Assembly (NCBI RefSeq): GCF_049554935.1 | Contig: NZ_CP186926.1 | Coordinates: 160,001-224,000 of the forward strand | Origin: Methanocaldococcus indicus | GTDB taxonomy: Archaea > AGJL01 > Methanococci > Methanococcales > Methanocaldococcaceae | Length of the DNA stretch: 64,000 nt | Direction of reading: 5' to 3' | Part shown: piece after piece, positions 40,789-52,970 of the stretch | Numbering within the stretch: position 1 is the first letter of the stretch | Layout of the letters: the number at the start of each line of letters is the position of its first letter | Position numbers and translations under genes: made by a program | Notes under the pieces: model-generated | Seen by the model: only the letters and a program-made list of their open reading frames with translations | What the model was told of the DNA's origin: nothing | Database searches by the model: none

Positions 40789-42450
40789 ATGGAAGCAGAA
40801 AAAAGATTGTTCTTAAAAGCTTTAAAAGAGAAATTTGAAGAAGACCCAAAAGAAAAATATACAAAGTTCTATGTATTTGGAGGATGGAAACAATCAGCAA
40901 GAAAAAGAGAGTTTGTTGAAGCAGCTCAAAAATTAATTGAAAAAAGAGGAGGTATCCCATTCTACAACCCAGATATTGGAGTTCCATTAGGGCAAAGAAA
41001 ATTAATGCCATATAAGATATCTAACACTGATGCAATTGTTGAAGGTGATGACTTACACTTTATGAACAATGCTGCTATGCAACAAATGTGGGATGACATA
41101 AGAAGAACAGTTATTGTTGGTATGGATACAGCTCACGCAGTTCTTGAAAAAAGATTAGTGGTAGAGGTTACTCCTGAGACAATAAATGAGTATATGGAAA
41201 CCATCAACCACGCTCTTCCTGGTGGAGCAGTTGTTCAAGAGCACATGGTTGAAGTACATCCTGCATTAGTTTGGGACTGTTACGCTAAGATATTTACTGG
41301 AGATGATGAATTAGCAGATGAAATAGATAAAAGATTCTTAATTGACATAAACAAATTATTCCCAGAAGAGCAAGCAGAGCAAATTAAAAAAGCTATTGGA
41401 AAAAGAACCTACCAAGTTTCAAGAGTTCCTACATTAGTTGGTAGAGTTTGTGATGGGGGAACAATAGCAAGATGGAGTGCAATGCAAATTGGAATGAGTT
41501 TCATTACAGCTTACAAATTATGTGCTGGAGAAGCAGCTATTGCAGACTTCTCCTATGCTGCTAAGCACGCAGATGTTATCCAAATGGCTTCCTTCTTACC
41601 AGCAAGAAGAGCAAGAGGTCCAAATGAGCCAGGTGGAATGTTCTTTGGAATCTTAGCAGATGTTGTTCAAACATCAAGAGTTTCAGAAGACCCTGTTGAG
41701 CAATCATTAGAAGTTGTTGCTGCAGGAGCTATGTTATATGACCAAATCTGGTTAGGAGGTTATATGTCAGGTGGGGTTGGATTCACACAGTATGCATCAG
41801 CATCATATACAGATGACATATTAGATGACTTCTCATACTATGGATATGACTATATAACTAAGAAATATGGAGGATGTAACAGCGTAAAACCAACAATGGA
41901 TGTCGTTGAAGATATAGCTGGAGAGGTTACATTATATGCATTAGAACAATATGACGAATATCCAGCTTTATTAGAAGACCACTTCGGAGGTTCTCAAAGA
42001 GCAGCTGTAACAGCAGCTGCATCAGGAATTTCAGTTGCATTAGCTACTGGAAACTCAAACGCTGGGTTAAATGGATGGTATTTAAGCCAAATAATGCATA
42101 AAGAATACCACAGTAGACTAGGATTCTATGGATATGACTTACAAGACCAATGTGGAGCTGCTAATTCATTATCTATAAGAAATGATAAATCATCACCATT
42201 AGAATTAAGAGGTCCAAACTATCCAAACTATGCAATGAACGTAGGTCACCAAGGAGAATATGCTGGAATTGCACAAGCAGCTCACTCTGCAAGAGGAGAT
42301 GCCTTTGCATTGAACCCATTAATTAAAGTTGCATTTGCAGACCCAAGCTTAATCTTTGATTTCAGATATCCAAGAAAAGAGTTTGCAAGAGGTGCTTTAA
42401 GAGAGTTCGAACCTGCTGGAGAAAGAGACCCAATCATTCCGGCTCACTAA
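40789..42450 (+). CDS. mcrA: Methyl-coenzyme M reductase alpha subunit
   Basis: [67 protein letters not shown]. Confidence 0.99.
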   Translation: MEAEKRLFLKALKEKFEEDPKEKYTKFYVFGGWKQSARKREFVEAAQKLIEKRGGIPFYNPDIGVPLGQRKLMPYKISNTDAIVEGDDLHFMNNAAMQQMWDDIRRTVIVGMDTAHAVLEKRLVVEVTPETINEYMETINHALPGGAVVQEHMVEVHPALVWDCYAKIFTGDDELADEIDKRFLIDINKLFPEEQAEQIKKAIGKRTYQVSRVPTLVGRVCDGGTIARWSAMQIGMSFITAYKLCAGEAAIADFSYAAKHADVIQMASFLPARRARGPNEPGGMFFGILADVVQTSRVSEDPVEQSLEVVAAGAMLYDQIWLGGYMSGGVGFTQYASASYTDDILDDFSYYGYDYITKKYGGCNSVKPTMDVVEDIAGEVTLYALEQYDEYPALLEDHFGGSQRAAVTAAASGISVALATGNSNAGLNGWYLSQIMHKEYHSRLGFYGYDLQDQCGAANSLSIRNDKSSPLELRGPNYPNYAMNVGHQGEYAGIAQAAHSARGDAFALNPLIKVAFADPSLIFDFRYPRKEFARGALREFEPAGERDPIIPAH

Positions 42451-42540
42451 ATCTAAATTTTTTTATTATGTTTTAGATTGTTATGAACAATAAAACTATT
42501 AAAATTTTTTTGAATTGTATTCTAATTTCCTTTATAATAA

Positions 42541-42552
42541 TGTTTATATATT
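42541..42552 (+). promoter_or_regulatory. TATA box upstream of mtrE
   Basis: TGTTTATATATT about 40 nt before the mtrE start; a T-rich tract follows the mcrA stop. Confidence 0.5.
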
Positions 42553-42592
42553 GAAAAAATTATTAAATGACTAAAATTATTTGGGGGATATT

Positions 42593-43489
42593 ATGGATAC
42601 ATTGTTAATATCTTTGGGAGCTTTGGCTTTATGTGGAGCATTAGCAACTATTGCAGGTTGTGCAGAAGATATAGAGTCAGATGTAGGTTCTCAATCAAAC
42701 CCAAACTCACAAGTTCAGTTAGCTCCACAAATGGGTAATATACACAGATACTACAACAAAGCTATCTCTGGGGAGCCAGTTGCTTATGGTTTATATGTTG
42801 CAGTTGCAGGAGGAATTGCTTATGCTTTAATGAACTATGGTTTTAATCCAATATTTGCTTTAATTATTGGAGTAGGTATTGCTGCCTTAGTTCATGGAGC
42901 ATATGCTGTTTCAGCGTATTTAGGTAGAATCGTTGGACAATCAAAAAGTTTTGGTCAACCAGTTTATTTAGATGTTATTTTGTCCCATTTAGGGCCTATT
43001 GTTGGACATGGATTTATTGCAGTTTTCTGTATTGTTTTGATGGCATATTTAACTGATACTATATTAGGAAATCCGTTCCCATTACCATTAATAGCATTAA
43101 TATTTGGTATTACTGTAGGGGCTATTGGTTCCTCTACAGGGGATGTTCATTATGGAGCTGAAAGAGAATATCAAAAATATCCATTTGGAGGTGGAGTCCC
43201 AGTAGCCAATCATGGAGATATTGATATAAAAGCAGAACATGGTTTAAGAAATAGTTTAGACTCATCATATTTCTGTGTTAGATTAGGAGGACCTTTAACA
43301 GGTTTATGTTTTGGTTTAATCGTATTTTTAGATGGTTGGAGAGGAATAATTGGAAACATAATAGAGAAAAATCCTATATCATCAGCAATAGTTGCAATAG
43401 TTATTGGGCTAATAATTGTTGCTGCTTTAGCAATAATAAATAGAAAAGTTGAAGTATTTGCAAGAGAAAAATATGGGCCATATCAATAA
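42593..43489 (+). CDS. mtrE: Tetrahydromethanopterin S-methyltransferase subunit E
   Basis: EDIESDVGSQSNPNSQVQLAPQ, GDVHYGAER. Confidence 0.97.
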   Translation: MDTLLISLGALALCGALATIAGCAEDIESDVGSQSNPNSQVQLAPQMGNIHRYYNKAISGEPVAYGLYVAVAGGIAYALMNYGFNPIFALIIGVGIAALVHGAYAVSAYLGRIVGQSKSFGQPVYLDVILSHLGPIVGHGFIAVFCIVLMAYLTDTILGNPFPLPLIALIFGITVGAIGSSTGDVHYGAEREYQKYPFGGGVPVANHGDIDIKAEHGLRNSLDSSYFCVRLGGPLTGLCFGLIVFLDGWRGIIGNIIEKNPISSAIVAIVIGLIIVAALAIINRKVEVFAREKYGPYQ

Positions 43490-43514
43490 AATTATAAATT
43501 TTTAGGTGATAGTA

Positions 43515-44213
43515 ATGTTTGATATAAATTTAATAATTTCATTGTTGGAGATAACTATTGCAGGAGCTATTATTGACGCAAGTGTTCATTTTATTCCTGT
43601 TGGAGGAGCTCCAGCAGCTATGGCTACATCTACTGGGGTTGGAACTGGAACAACACAGTTGGCAGCTGGAGCAGGATTTACTGGATTGTTAGGAGCAGCT
43701 GTTATGTCTCAAATGGTTGGATTATCAACAACTGGAATAATATTAATCTTAATATCTGGAGCTATTAGTTCAATGATAATGCTTGGAGTTACAATGTTAA
43801 TTGGGCAATTAATTTATGTATTTGGGGTTGGAGTTGTTCCAGCAGCTGATAAATGTGAAGTAGACCCTATAACAAAAGACCCTCAAAAGCCATATATTAC
43901 TCCAGGGACAACAGGGCATGGTGTTCCAACAGTTTGTTTTATTAGTGGTTTAATTGGAGCTGCATTGGGAGGAATTGGAGGAGGATTAGCATATATTGCT
44001 TTACAGCAGTTAGGATTTAAGCCAGCAGTTGCTGGAATATTAGCAGTTGGATTCTTCTTTATTAATGCAGTTCTTGCATCTTACAATATAGGAGGTACTA
44101 TTGAAGGGTTCCATGACCCAAAATTCAAGAAAATCAATAATGGTATTATTGCATCTGCAGTTGCATCTTTTGTATTTGCAATATTCAGTGTATTAATGGC
44201 ATTAAACATTTAA
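43515..44213 (+). CDS. mtrD: Mtr subunit D
   Basis: [35 protein letters not shown]. Confidence 0.97.
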   Translation: MFDINLIISLLEITIAGAIIDASVHFIPVGGAPAAMATSTGVGTGTTQLAAGAGFTGLLGAAVMSQMVGLSTTGIILILISGAISSMIMLGVTMLIGQLIYVFGVGVVPAADKCEVDPITKDPQKPYITPGTTGHGVPTVCFISGLIGAALGGIGGGLAYIALQQLGFKPAVAGILAVGFFFINAVLASYNIGGTIEGFHDPKFKKINNGIIASAVASFVFAIFSVLMALNI

Positions 44214-44227
44214 AAAGGTGAAAATTT

Positions 44228-45034
44228 ATGTCTCATGGTGGAGGAGGTCATGCTAAGGACTTATATCCAGAAGAGCAGATATTTGGTGTAGGTATATTAT
44301 TATCATTAATTGGATGTTATTTAGTTCATTTCTTAGAGCCATATGGTTTAGGAACATTATTAGGTGGATTATTGGTTTCTGCTGCTTGTGTAGCTGGAGC
44401 AAACACTGTAAGAAAAGTAGCATCTTATGGATTAGGGACTGGAGTTCCATCTATAGGTATGGTTAGTTTAGGTATGGGAACATTAGCAGCTATTGCAGGA
44501 ATTTTAATACCTAAAGCATTAGGTTATGCATCAATTACTCCATATGTAGCACCTATCTTAACTTTAATCATTTCTGCAATTATAGGAGTTATTGTAGGTA
44601 AGCTTACAGTTAATCCTGTTGGAATGAAAATTCCTATTATGGTTAGAAGTATGACATTCTTGTCCATAGCAGGAGCTATGGCATTGTTAGGATTCTCTGC
44701 TGTCTATGCTGGTAGTTTAAGTCCAGATGTATTTTTAAATGGAGCTCTAAATGATGGAATGATGGCTGTTGCATTTATAGTTGCCGGTATGGCAATACTT
44801 CATCCATTTAACGCATGTTTAGGACCAGATGAAAGCCATAAGAGAACTTTAACATTAGCAATTGCATGTGCATTATTAAGTTGGTTTATATTTTCAATAT
44901 TAAAGTTAGATGTAATATCAATAGTAGTGTCTATAATACTATGGGCAATTGTATATTTCAAATATGTTAAAATGTCATTAAACGATGCATGTTGTGTATT
45001 ACATGTTCCAGAATTGCCTAAGAAAGAAGAATAA
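44228..45034 (+). CDS. mtrC: Mtr subunit C
   Basis: [22 protein letters not shown]. Confidence 0.97.
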   Translation: MSHGGGGHAKDLYPEEQIFGVGILLSLIGCYLVHFLEPYGLGTLLGGLLVSAACVAGANTVRKVASYGLGTGVPSIGMVSLGMGTLAAIAGILIPKALGYASITPYVAPILTLIISAIIGVIVGKLTVNPVGMKIPIMVRSMTFLSIAGAMALLGFSAVYAGSLSPDVFLNGALNDGMMAVAFIVAGMAILHPFNACLGPDESHKRTLTLAIACALLSWFIFSILKLDVISIVVSIILWAIVYFKYVKMSLNDACCVLHVPELPKKEE

Positions 45035-45043
45035 GGTGGAAAC

Positions 45044-45358
45044 ATGGCTTATTATGTTTTTATAGATGAAAAAATTCCTTTGGTTTATAATGTTGAAACT
45101 GGTGTTATAACCAAAGGATTTGGAGATGTACTATTCGTAGATACTTCTGGAATTGAGCAGGAATTAGATAAATTAGCCAAATTAGTAGATGCTTATGAAC
45201 ATTCCTTAGATCCAAGATATCCACCATTAAATACATTTCCTAATAGGGATAATGTATATAAAATTGCAGGATACTTTAAGGGAATATTTATTGGATTTTG
45301 GCTTAGTTTAGGAATTCTATCTTTAATACTTATGATGTTAGGAGTAAAATTCTTCTAA
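45044..45358 (+). CDS. mtrB: Mtr subunit B
   Basis: SLDP...FPNR, C-terminal transmembrane helix, operon position. Confidence 0.93.
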   Translation: MAYYVFIDEKIPLVYNVETGVITKGFGDVLFVDTSGIEQELDKLAKLVDAYEHSLDPRYPPLNTFPNRDNVYKIAGYFKGIFIGFWLSLGILSLILMMLGVKFF

Positions 45359-45390
45359 ATAAAAATTTTTAAATTTTTTAGGTGATAGTT

Positions 45391-46116
45391 ATGGTAGAGA
45401 AAAAAGAACCAGCTCCAGGATGGCCTATAGTCTCAGGAGAATATGTTGTCGGAAATCCTGAAAGTTGTGTTGGTGTTGTAACATTAGGTTCCCATGGTTT
45501 AGAACAAGCATGTATTGAAGCTGGAGCAGCTATTGCAGGACCATGTCACACTGAAAACCTAGGTATTGAAAAAGTAGTAGCCAACTACATATCAAATCCA
45601 AACATCAGATTTATGATATTATGTGGTTCTGAGGTTCAAGGACATATAACAGGACAATGTTTTAAAGCACTATGGGAAAATGGTATTGATGATTCTGGAC
45701 AAATCATTGGAGCTAAAGGGGCAATTCCATTTTTGGAGAATGTTGATAAAGATGCAGTTGAAAGATTTAGAAGACAGATAGTTGAAGTTATTGATTTAAT
45801 TGATTGTGAGGATATTGGAAAAATTACTCAAGCTATAAAAGAGTGTTTAAGTAAAGACCCGGGAGCAATAGATGAAGACCCATACATCATTGATTTAGAA
45901 GGTGGTGGAAAAGGAGAAGAGGAAGAAGGAGCTGCTATAAAACCAATAACTCCTGAAATGGCTATAATTGAGAGTAGAATAAGATTAATTGGAAATGAAA
46001 TGCAATACAATGGATTATTAGCAAAATGGCAAGCAGGATATTACAATGGAAAAATACAAGGTTTAGCGGCAGGACTGTTTATTATGATTTTATTATTAGG
46101 AATTATGATGTTATAA
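45391..46116 (+). CDS. mtrA: Mtr subunit A (corrinoid-binding)
   Basis: [27 protein letters not shown]. Confidence 0.97.
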   Translation: MVEKKEPAPGWPIVSGEYVVGNPESCVGVVTLGSHGLEQACIEAGAAIAGPCHTENLGIEKVVANYISNPNIRFMILCGSEVQGHITGQCFKALWENGIDDSGQIIGAKGAIPFLENVDKDAVERFRRQIVEVIDLIDCEDIGKITQAIKECLSKDPGAIDEDPYIIDLEGGGKGEEEEGAAIKPITPEMAIIESRIRLIGNEMQYNGLLAKWQAGYYNGKIQGLAAGLFIMILLLGIMML

Positions 46117-46132
46117 TTTCCAGGTGAAAGTA

Positions 46133-46339
46133 ATGAGTATAGAAATCTCAAATAAACCAAATATAAAGTCAATACAAGAATATTTAGAGGATTTAGAGTA
46201 TAAGGTAGGATTAATAACAAGAAATAGAGGGTTAGAGTCAGGAGTAGAATCTGCTGGAATCAGAGGAATTGCCTGTGGAGCTGTCTTTGGAATAGTTATG
46301 ATGACTATTGCCTTAGCTCTATATTACTTATTGAGGTGA
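46133..46339 (+). CDS. mtrF: Mtr subunit F
   Basis: [15 protein letters not shown] plus transmembrane helix; operon position. Confidence 0.9.
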   Translation: MSIEISNKPNIKSIQEYLEDLEYKVGLITRNRGLESGVESAGIRGIACGAVFGIVMMTIALALYYLLR

Positions 46340-46344
46340 GTTAA

Positions 46345-46596
46345 ATGAGTGATGAAAAAGTTCCACAAGTAATAATGGACCCTAATGATTATGAAAGATT
46401 AAAAAAAAGATTAGATGAATTAGAGAAGAAAGTTGAAAATACAAATGCAGAACTTTTCCAAATGGCTGGAAAAAAAGTTGGAAGAGATATTGGGATATTA
46501 TATGGTTTAGTTATCGGGATAATACTTTCATATATATTACCATTTATTGTTAAGTTAATTCAAGTTTTAAGCATAAAAATTACAGTTGTTAAATAA
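46345..46596 (+). CDS. mtrG: Mtr subunit G
   Basis: RLDELEKKVE, GKKVGRDIGILYG. Confidence 0.95.
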   Translation: MSDEKVPQVIMDPNDYERLKKRLDELEKKVENTNAELFQMAGKKVGRDIGILYGLVIGIILSYILPFIVKLIQVLSIKITVVK

Positions 46597-46620
46597 AAAA
46601 ATTAAGAAGGTGAGATAGGC

Positions 46621-47580
46621 ATGTTTAAATTTGATAGAGAACAACACTTATATGAAATAGCTGGAAGAAAATGTGGAGGACAGCCAGGAGAATATCCAAC
46701 AGCTTTAGCAGGAACAATATTCTATGCAAGACACAAAATAGTTGAAGATGAAAGAAAAGGTATATTTGATAAAGCAGCTGCTGAAGATTTAATAAATAAA
46801 CAAGCTGAAATGGAAGATATAACTGGAAATCCTGCTTGGGTACAAGTATTTGGAGGAACACCAGAAGCATTAGTTAAATATATTGATTTTGTTGCTGATA
46901 TTTGGGATGGACCAATGTTATTAGATTCTACATCAGGAGAAGCAAGAATGGCTGCTGCTAAAAGAGCAACAGAAGCAGGATATGCAGACCAATGTATTTA
47001 TAACTCTATCAATGTTTCTATTGAGGAGCAAGAATTCCAAGTTTTAGTAGAAAGTGATATTACAGCATCTATTGTCTTGTGTTTTGACCCAATGGACCCA
47101 ACAGTTGAAGGAAAAATAAATGTCTTATTAACTGGAGGTAAATCAGGAAGTACAGGTTTATTAGAATTAGCTGAAAAAGCAAATATAGATAAATTATTTA
47201 TTGATACAGCAGTTACACCATTAGGAAATGGTGCAGGGCCAGCTGTTAGAGCATCTTTCGCTGTTAAGGCAATATTTGGTTATCCTGTTGGTAGTGGTAT
47301 CCACAATATTCCATCTGCATGGGATTGGTTAAGAGAATTCAGAAAAAAATTAAGAGAAGAGGGACACAGAGAATTAGCAAAAGAAATAAGAGCAGTATGT
47401 GATGTTGGAGCTACATTAATGCAAGTTTTAGCTGCTGGGGATTTTGTCTTATATGGACCAATAGATGATGCTCAAGTTGTGTTCCCAGCAGTTGCAATGG
47501 TTGATGCTACAATTGCAGAAGCAGCAAAAGAGTTAGGAATTGAACCAGTAGATAACCATCCATTCAAGAAATTAGTATAA
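46621..47580 (+). CDS. mtrH: Mtr subunit H
   Basis: GGQPGEYPT, IYNSIN, GIHNIPSAW, LYGPI. Confidence 0.97.
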   Translation: MFKFDREQHLYEIAGRKCGGQPGEYPTALAGTIFYARHKIVEDERKGIFDKAAAEDLINKQAEMEDITGNPAWVQVFGGTPEALVKYIDFVADIWDGPMLLDSTSGEARMAAAKRATEAGYADQCIYNSINVSIEEQEFQVLVESDITASIVLCFDPMDPTVEGKINVLLTGGKSGSTGLLELAEKANIDKLFIDTAVTPLGNGAGPAVRASFAVKAIFGYPVGSGIHNIPSAWDWLREFRKKLREEGHRELAKEIRAVCDVGATLMQVLAAGDFVLYGPIDDAQVVFPAVAMVDATIAEAAKELGIEPVDNHPFKKLV

Positions 47581-47596
47581 ATTTAATTAATAATAA

Positions 47597-48994
47597 TTAT
47601 TTTTTATTTTTCCATCTCCATCCACTTTTTACCCAATCTTCACTTAAATTATTCTTTTTGGCAAATTCTTTTAACTTTCTTTCCCATCTATCCCACAAAT
47701 TAGGATAAAGTTTTTTTATTCTTTCTATTTCTCCCAATCCCATAGCTGGGCAAATATAACATCCAATTCTATCAAATCCTTTCTCATATAATTTGTTATA
47801 TGGAGCGTTTTCTTTTAAAAGGTAAATCCAAACGTGTAATGCACTCCAATGGAAAATAGGTAAAGCATTAATCTGTTTTTTTATGTATGTATTCCTATGA
47901 ACTAATTTTTTCTTAGCTCTATTGAAACTTTCATACTTTCTAATTCCAACAAAAGAAAGAACATCATCCTTATAATTTTTTTCTAAATATTCTTTTAAAG
48001 GATTTAGTTTTAAAATGTCTGAGCACCATCTATAATCTCTTGCAGGAACTCCATATTTATCAACTAATTCCCAAAAATTAGGTGATTTAATTACATTTAC
48101 CTTTATATTGTATGTATCTTCAACTTCTTTAATATTCTCCAAAGTTTCAGGCAACTCCAAACCAGTATCTATAAAAAGGACATCAAAATTACTTAGAGCT
48201 TTTTTAACTAAGATTAAAGTGGTTAAACTATCCTTTCCTCCAGAATAAGCAACTATAACAGGTCTATTAATCTTTTCAACAGTATTCTTTATAAAACCTA
48301 TTGCATTTTGTTCATATTTTTTAATTACTTCTTCATTTGCTTTTATTGTTAAATTAATTGCTTCATCAAAAGAATACTTTTTAAAATCATTATTATTTAT
48401 CTTTCTAATTTCTCTTACTTTAATAATTTTCCCTTTATCTAAATTTTCTATATCTTCTGAACTTACCAATGCTTTTCCAACGCCTATAACTTCATTTTTA
48501 TAGTTCAAGATTATTACATCATCATCTTTTTTAAATTCCTTATACTCTACAATTCCAGGTTTTAAAATAGTCATTCCCTTTTTTATAATTTTAGACAAAT
48601 TTTCATCTATTTTGATTATTTTTTTGTTTGCTCCTTTATTATATAGAGTATAAGCTCCAAAAGTTTTTAGCTTAATTTTCCAGTCTTTTAATTTTTCATT
48701 ATAATATAGAATATATTTAACCTCACCATCTGATATAATTTCATATCCTTCTTCAAATCCTGTTAATTTATTCAATAGAATAAAGGATTCAGTCTTATCA
48801 TTAATTCCATATTCTTTCTTTAAAACATCATTTAAAAATTCAATGTCATATCTAAATCCTATTCTTACATCTCCTGGTGGGGTAATTTTAACATTTAAAC
48901 TTTCTTCACCACAAATACCACATTTTCTTCCTAAAAGAGGGATATTACATTTAGGACACCATTTTAAATGTATTTTACCTATATAGTGTTTCAT
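47597..48994 (-). CDS. PAPS/APS reductase family (PP-loop) protein with N-terminal Zn ribbon and PUA domain
   Basis: WCPKC...CGIC, PUA-like PGI...GVGKA, SGGKDS, RWCS..LK, GIR..ES, RIGCYICP. Confidence 0.82.
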   Translation of the reverse strand: MKHYIGKIHLKWCPKCNIPLLGRKCGICGEESLNVKITPPGDVRIGFRYDIEFLNDVLKKEYGINDKTESFILLNKLTGFEEGYEIISDGEVKYILYYNEKLKDWKIKLKTFGAYTLYNKGANKKIIKIDENLSKIIKKGMTILKPGIVEYKEFKKDDDVIILNYKNEVIGVGKALVSSEDIENLDKGKIIKVREIRKINNNDFKKYSFDEAINLTIKANEEVIKKYEQNAIGFIKNTVEKINRPVIVAYSGGKDSLTTLILVKKALSNFDVLFIDTGLELPETLENIKEVEDTYNIKVNVIKSPNFWELVDKYGVPARDYRWCSDILKLNPLKEYLEKNYKDDVLSFVGIRKYESFNRAKKKLVHRNTYIKKQINALPIFHWSALHVWIYLLKENAPYNKLYEKGFDRIGCYICPAMGLGEIERIKKLYPNLWDRWERKLKEFAKKNNLSEDWVKSGWRWKNKK

Positions 48995-49007
48995 AATTAA
49001 CCTCATA

Positions 49008-49835
49008 TTATATTTTTTTAGCAATAACTCCTAAGGCATTAGGGACTCTTTTAATAGATTTAAATCCTACTCTCCTTAATCTTTCCATAACTCCTTTTTG
49101 TAAATCTTTCCCCCTATACTTCTTTCCAGGATTTCCTACATAATGAAATAATCTACCTCCATCTTTAAGAACTCTATAAAGTTCTTTATAGAATTCTTCA
49201 CTATAAAGATGTCCTGCTAAACTAAATCTTGGAGGGTCGTGAATAATAGCTGTAAATGTCTCATCTTCAAACTCTTTAATTTTATCAAAACTGTCCCCTA
49301 ATAAAACCTTTATATCTCCTTTAAATAATTCTTCACTATATGGATTTATTTTAGCTAATTCTAAAACATATCTGTTCTTTTCAATGGTTGTTACATCTGC
49401 TCCTCTTTTATAACTCTCAATTGCAGTATAACCTAAACCCATACATGTATCTAAGACAATATCTCCCTTTTTTATATTTATTGAATTAACTTTGTTTAAT
49501 GTATCTTGGTAAGGATTTACTTCCTTAGTTCTATGCATCCTTATACCACTAATCTCAATAGTTGGGGGAATAGTTGGAACTAACTTATAAAATCCTTCAT
49601 CTGTTGAAATTGCTGCTTTATAAAGATGATTATCTTTTAAAAAATAGAGAGTGTTATCCTTAGCTATCTTTTTTAAGGTTTTAAAATCTACTTCTCCCTC
49701 TGGAAAAATAGCTTTTTCATCCTTTATAATAATCTTTTCTAATTTATTTGTTTTATATAAATCCAAATTTAAAAAAATATAATTATCTTTTGATAAAAGA
49801 ATTTTTTTAGCCATTTTAGGAGTTATGTAGTTCAT
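49008..49835 (-). CDS. Archaeal class I SAM-dependent methyltransferase (COG2521-like)
   Basis: PTIEISGIRMH, LDTCMGLGYTA, HDPPRFS. Confidence 0.82.
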   Translation of the reverse strand: MNYITPKMAKKILLSKDNYIFLNLDLYKTNKLEKIIIKDEKAIFPEGEVDFKTLKKIAKDNTLYFLKDNHLYKAAISTDEGFYKLVPTIPPTIEISGIRMHRTKEVNPYQDTLNKVNSINIKKGDIVLDTCMGLGYTAIESYKRGADVTTIEKNRYVLELAKINPYSEELFKGDIKVLLGDSFDKIKEFEDETFTAIIHDPPRFSLAGHLYSEEFYKELYRVLKDGGRLFHYVGNPGKKYRGKDLQKGVMERLRRVGFKSIKRVPNALGVIAKKI

Positions 49836-49854
49836 ATATCATCATCAAATAATT

Positions 49855-50433
<579 letters not shown>

Positions 50434-50443
50434 TCACCTTTTT

Positions 50444-51766
50444 TTATTTTTTAAGAAATTTAGATATAATTGGGTGAAGTTCTGCAATTTGTTCTCTAAT
50501 TATTTGCTCATACATTCTATAAACTATTGATACAGTTAATAATACTCCTGTCCCTCCACCTAATGCACCAATAAAATTTGCTATAGCTGCTAAAAAACCA
50601 ACAAATGCAGAACTCATAACAGTTATAGGAAAAATATATCTTTTTAATCTTTGTTCTATTGCTTTATGGCTTTTTCTAAAACCTTTAATTGCCATATTTA
50701 AAGAACTTATTCTTTGCGCCATTGACTTAGCATCTAAACCAGAAGTTTCAACCCAAAATATACCAAATATAACACAGAATATTATCATAGCAATCATATA
50801 AATAATTGCATGTATGGGGTCAGCTAATACTGAGTATATTCCATAAGGAGTAGATAGATAGTATGCTATCCCACTAATAGCTCTTCCACCTTCATAACTA
50901 CCTAATATAGGAATCCCCAACTTGTATAGAGCATATCCCCAAAGTTGTATATTTGCAAATAATGCAGCTGTTAAGATAACTGGCATATTTGAGACATAAA
51001 CAAATTTTATTGGATATCTTGCTACTAAACCCTTTATCCTACCATGAGCTAAAGGAATTTCTACTCTTAAAGATTCAGCATATACAACCATTAAAAATAC
51101 AATGATAGTTCCTAATATTGGCAAAATATATTGTATTTCTGGAGCTCCTTGCATTAAACTTCCTAAGAATTTCCATAAATATCCTTCTGGACCAAAAGTT
51201 CCAACAAATATTGTTTGAGACACTCCAGCAGCAATGAATAACCCAATTCCTGAGCCAATTCCATATTTTGAAACAATTTCATCTAAATAAATTAATGCGA
51301 TAGAACCTAAAGCTATCTGTATAATAACCAACAATGCCAACAATGGTGATAAAGCTCCAAAAGCTCCAGCTCCGACAAATAAAGCAGCTTCAACAAAACT
51401 TAATATTATGGATAATAATTTTTGAGTACCTTGAAATAATGCTCTATCCTCAGGGTTTGAAAAATCTAACTCTAAAATTTTAGCTCCAACTAATAACTGC
51501 ATAATAATCCCAGCAGTAACAATAGGGCCAATCCCCAATGTTATTAAAGTACCTATTCTAGATGCAGTTATAGTTTGCCAAAATTCAAATATTGCTGGGA
51601 TTTGTGCTCCAGCAGTATATATATCAATAGTTCCCATTATAAAATAAAGAACTAACACTAAACCTGTCCATTTTAATTTTTCTGTGAAAGATAATTCCTT
51701 AATGGGATTATCCACTTCAGGAATCTTTTCCAATATTGGAACTAAGGATTTTAGAACATCTTTCAA
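50444..51766 (-). CDS. secY: Protein translocase subunit SecY
   Basis: LGIGPIVTAGII, YGIGSGIGLFI, YVSNMP, GTGVLLTV; ten transmembrane helices. Confidence 0.97.
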   Translation of the reverse strand: MKDVLKSLVPILEKIPEVDNPIKELSFTEKLKWTGLVLVLYFIMGTIDIYTAGAQIPAIFEFWQTITASRIGTLITLGIGPIVTAGIIMQLLVGAKILELDFSNPEDRALFQGTQKLLSIILSFVEAALFVGAGAFGALSPLLALLVIIQIALGSIALIYLDEIVSKYGIGSGIGLFIAAGVSQTIFVGTFGPEGYLWKFLGSLMQGAPEIQYILPILGTIIVFLMVVYAESLRVEIPLAHGRIKGLVARYPIKFVYVSNMPVILTAALFANIQLWGYALYKLGIPILGSYEGGRAISGIAYYLSTPYGIYSVLADPIHAIIYMIAMIIFCVIFGIFWVETSGLDAKSMAQRISSLNMAIKGFRKSHKAIEQRLKRYIFPITVMSSAFVGFLAAIANFIGALGGGTGVLLTVSIVYRMYEQIIREQIAELHPIISKFLKK

Positions 51767-52051
51767 AATTATCACCCTCTAAAGAATTCTTTAATTCTTT
51801 AATTTAAAATACATCTCATACTTTAAATATAATTTATAATTAATTTTGATTATAATCTAAGAAACATGTGATAAAAAAATTAAATATAATAATCAAAAAA
51901 GTTAGTTATGGGAATATAACTATTAAAAACATGAAGTAAGTTTAAAATATATTTAAAAATATTATTAATAATATTACTATATTTATCTTGTAAATTTTCA
52001 TTATCTAAGTCAAAATATAAAAACAGTAGAAAAATCATAAAAAAAATTTTT

Positions 52052-52483
52052 TTATAGTTCAATAGCTTCTCCTCCTGCCTCTTCTATTTTTATTTTTGCT
52101 TTCTCTGATATTTCTATTGCTTTAACAACCATAGGGATTGTTACTTTACCTTTACCCAAAACTTTTTCATATCCTAACTCTGTAACATCTACAATATATT
52201 TATCTCCTTCTTTTTCAAATTTATCAGGATTTTTTAGAACTAATTCTTCCAATTCACAGACATTTATTGTCTCTAAATCTTTAACTATTGATGGATGTCT
52301 CTTAAACCCATATTTACCAAAGTGGTCAGGTTCATATTTTATTATCCATGTCCATTTATGTTTGTGTCCTCCAGCTAATCCTCTACCCCCTCTATTTCCA
52401 GCTCCTCTTCTTTTCTTATGACTTCCTCCTCCACAGGTTCTTGAGCCTCTATATTTTTTTACTTTTCTCTTTTTTCTTATCAT
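52052..52483 (-). CDS. rpl15: 50S ribosomal protein L15
   Basis: [25 protein letters not shown]. Confidence 0.96.
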   Translation of the reverse strand: MIRKKRKVKKYRGSRTCGGGSHKKRRGAGNRGGRGLAGGHKHKWTWIIKYEPDHFGKYGFKRHPSIVKDLETINVCELEELVLKNPDKFEKEGDKYIVDVTELGYEKVLGKGKVTIPMVVKAIEISEKAKIKIEEAGGEAIEL

Positions 52484-52493
52484 ATCTATCACT

Positions 52494-52958
52494 TTACATC
52501 ATTTTTTCTAATAATTCATTGATTTTTTCTCCTCTATATCCTAAAGCTCCTCCAATATTAAAATGCTTCTTAATTCCTTTTCTTTCCCATCCTTTTCTTG
52601 GAGGATGTAATCTAAATACTGGCTTTAATGGAGTTTCTTTAAGCTTTATTTCTCCTTTTATTATTTTTTCAACTAATTCATCTAACTCCATTCCAGTTAG
52701 TTCTTTAATTTTTTCTTCATCTACTCTTTTATCTCCTTTTAATCTACCTCTCTTTAATATCAACTTTTTTAGTGTTTCTTTATCAATCTCTCCCCAAGTT
52801 ATATAATCTTTTACTTTTTCTAACATTCCTTTGTATGTATCTGTTTCAGGGATAACAACACAATGGTTAGTTTTGTGTAATCTTAACATCTTTAATGTAT
52901 CTTCTATATCTCCTCTCACTTTAATTCTACCTCTCACTCTTACAACAGCATAGGCCAT
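52494..52958 (-). CDS. rpl30: 50S ribosomal protein L30 (uL30)
   Basis: [23 protein letters not shown]. Confidence 0.95.
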   Translation of the reverse strand: MAYAVVRVRGRIKVRGDIEDTLKMLRLHKTNHCVVIPETDTYKGMLEKVKDYITWGEIDKETLKKLILKRGRLKGDKRVDEEKIKELTGMELDELVEKIIKGEIKLKETPLKPVFRLHPPRKGWERKGIKKHFNIGGALGYRGEKINELLEKMM

Positions 52959-52970
52959 ATTTAACTCACC

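Noticed and set aside
51880-52062. 60-aa ORF in the rpl15-secY gap
   Set aside because: Starts inside rpl15, runs through A/T homopolymer tracts, and has Phe/Ile/Asn/Tyr composition expected from AT-rich non-coding DNA
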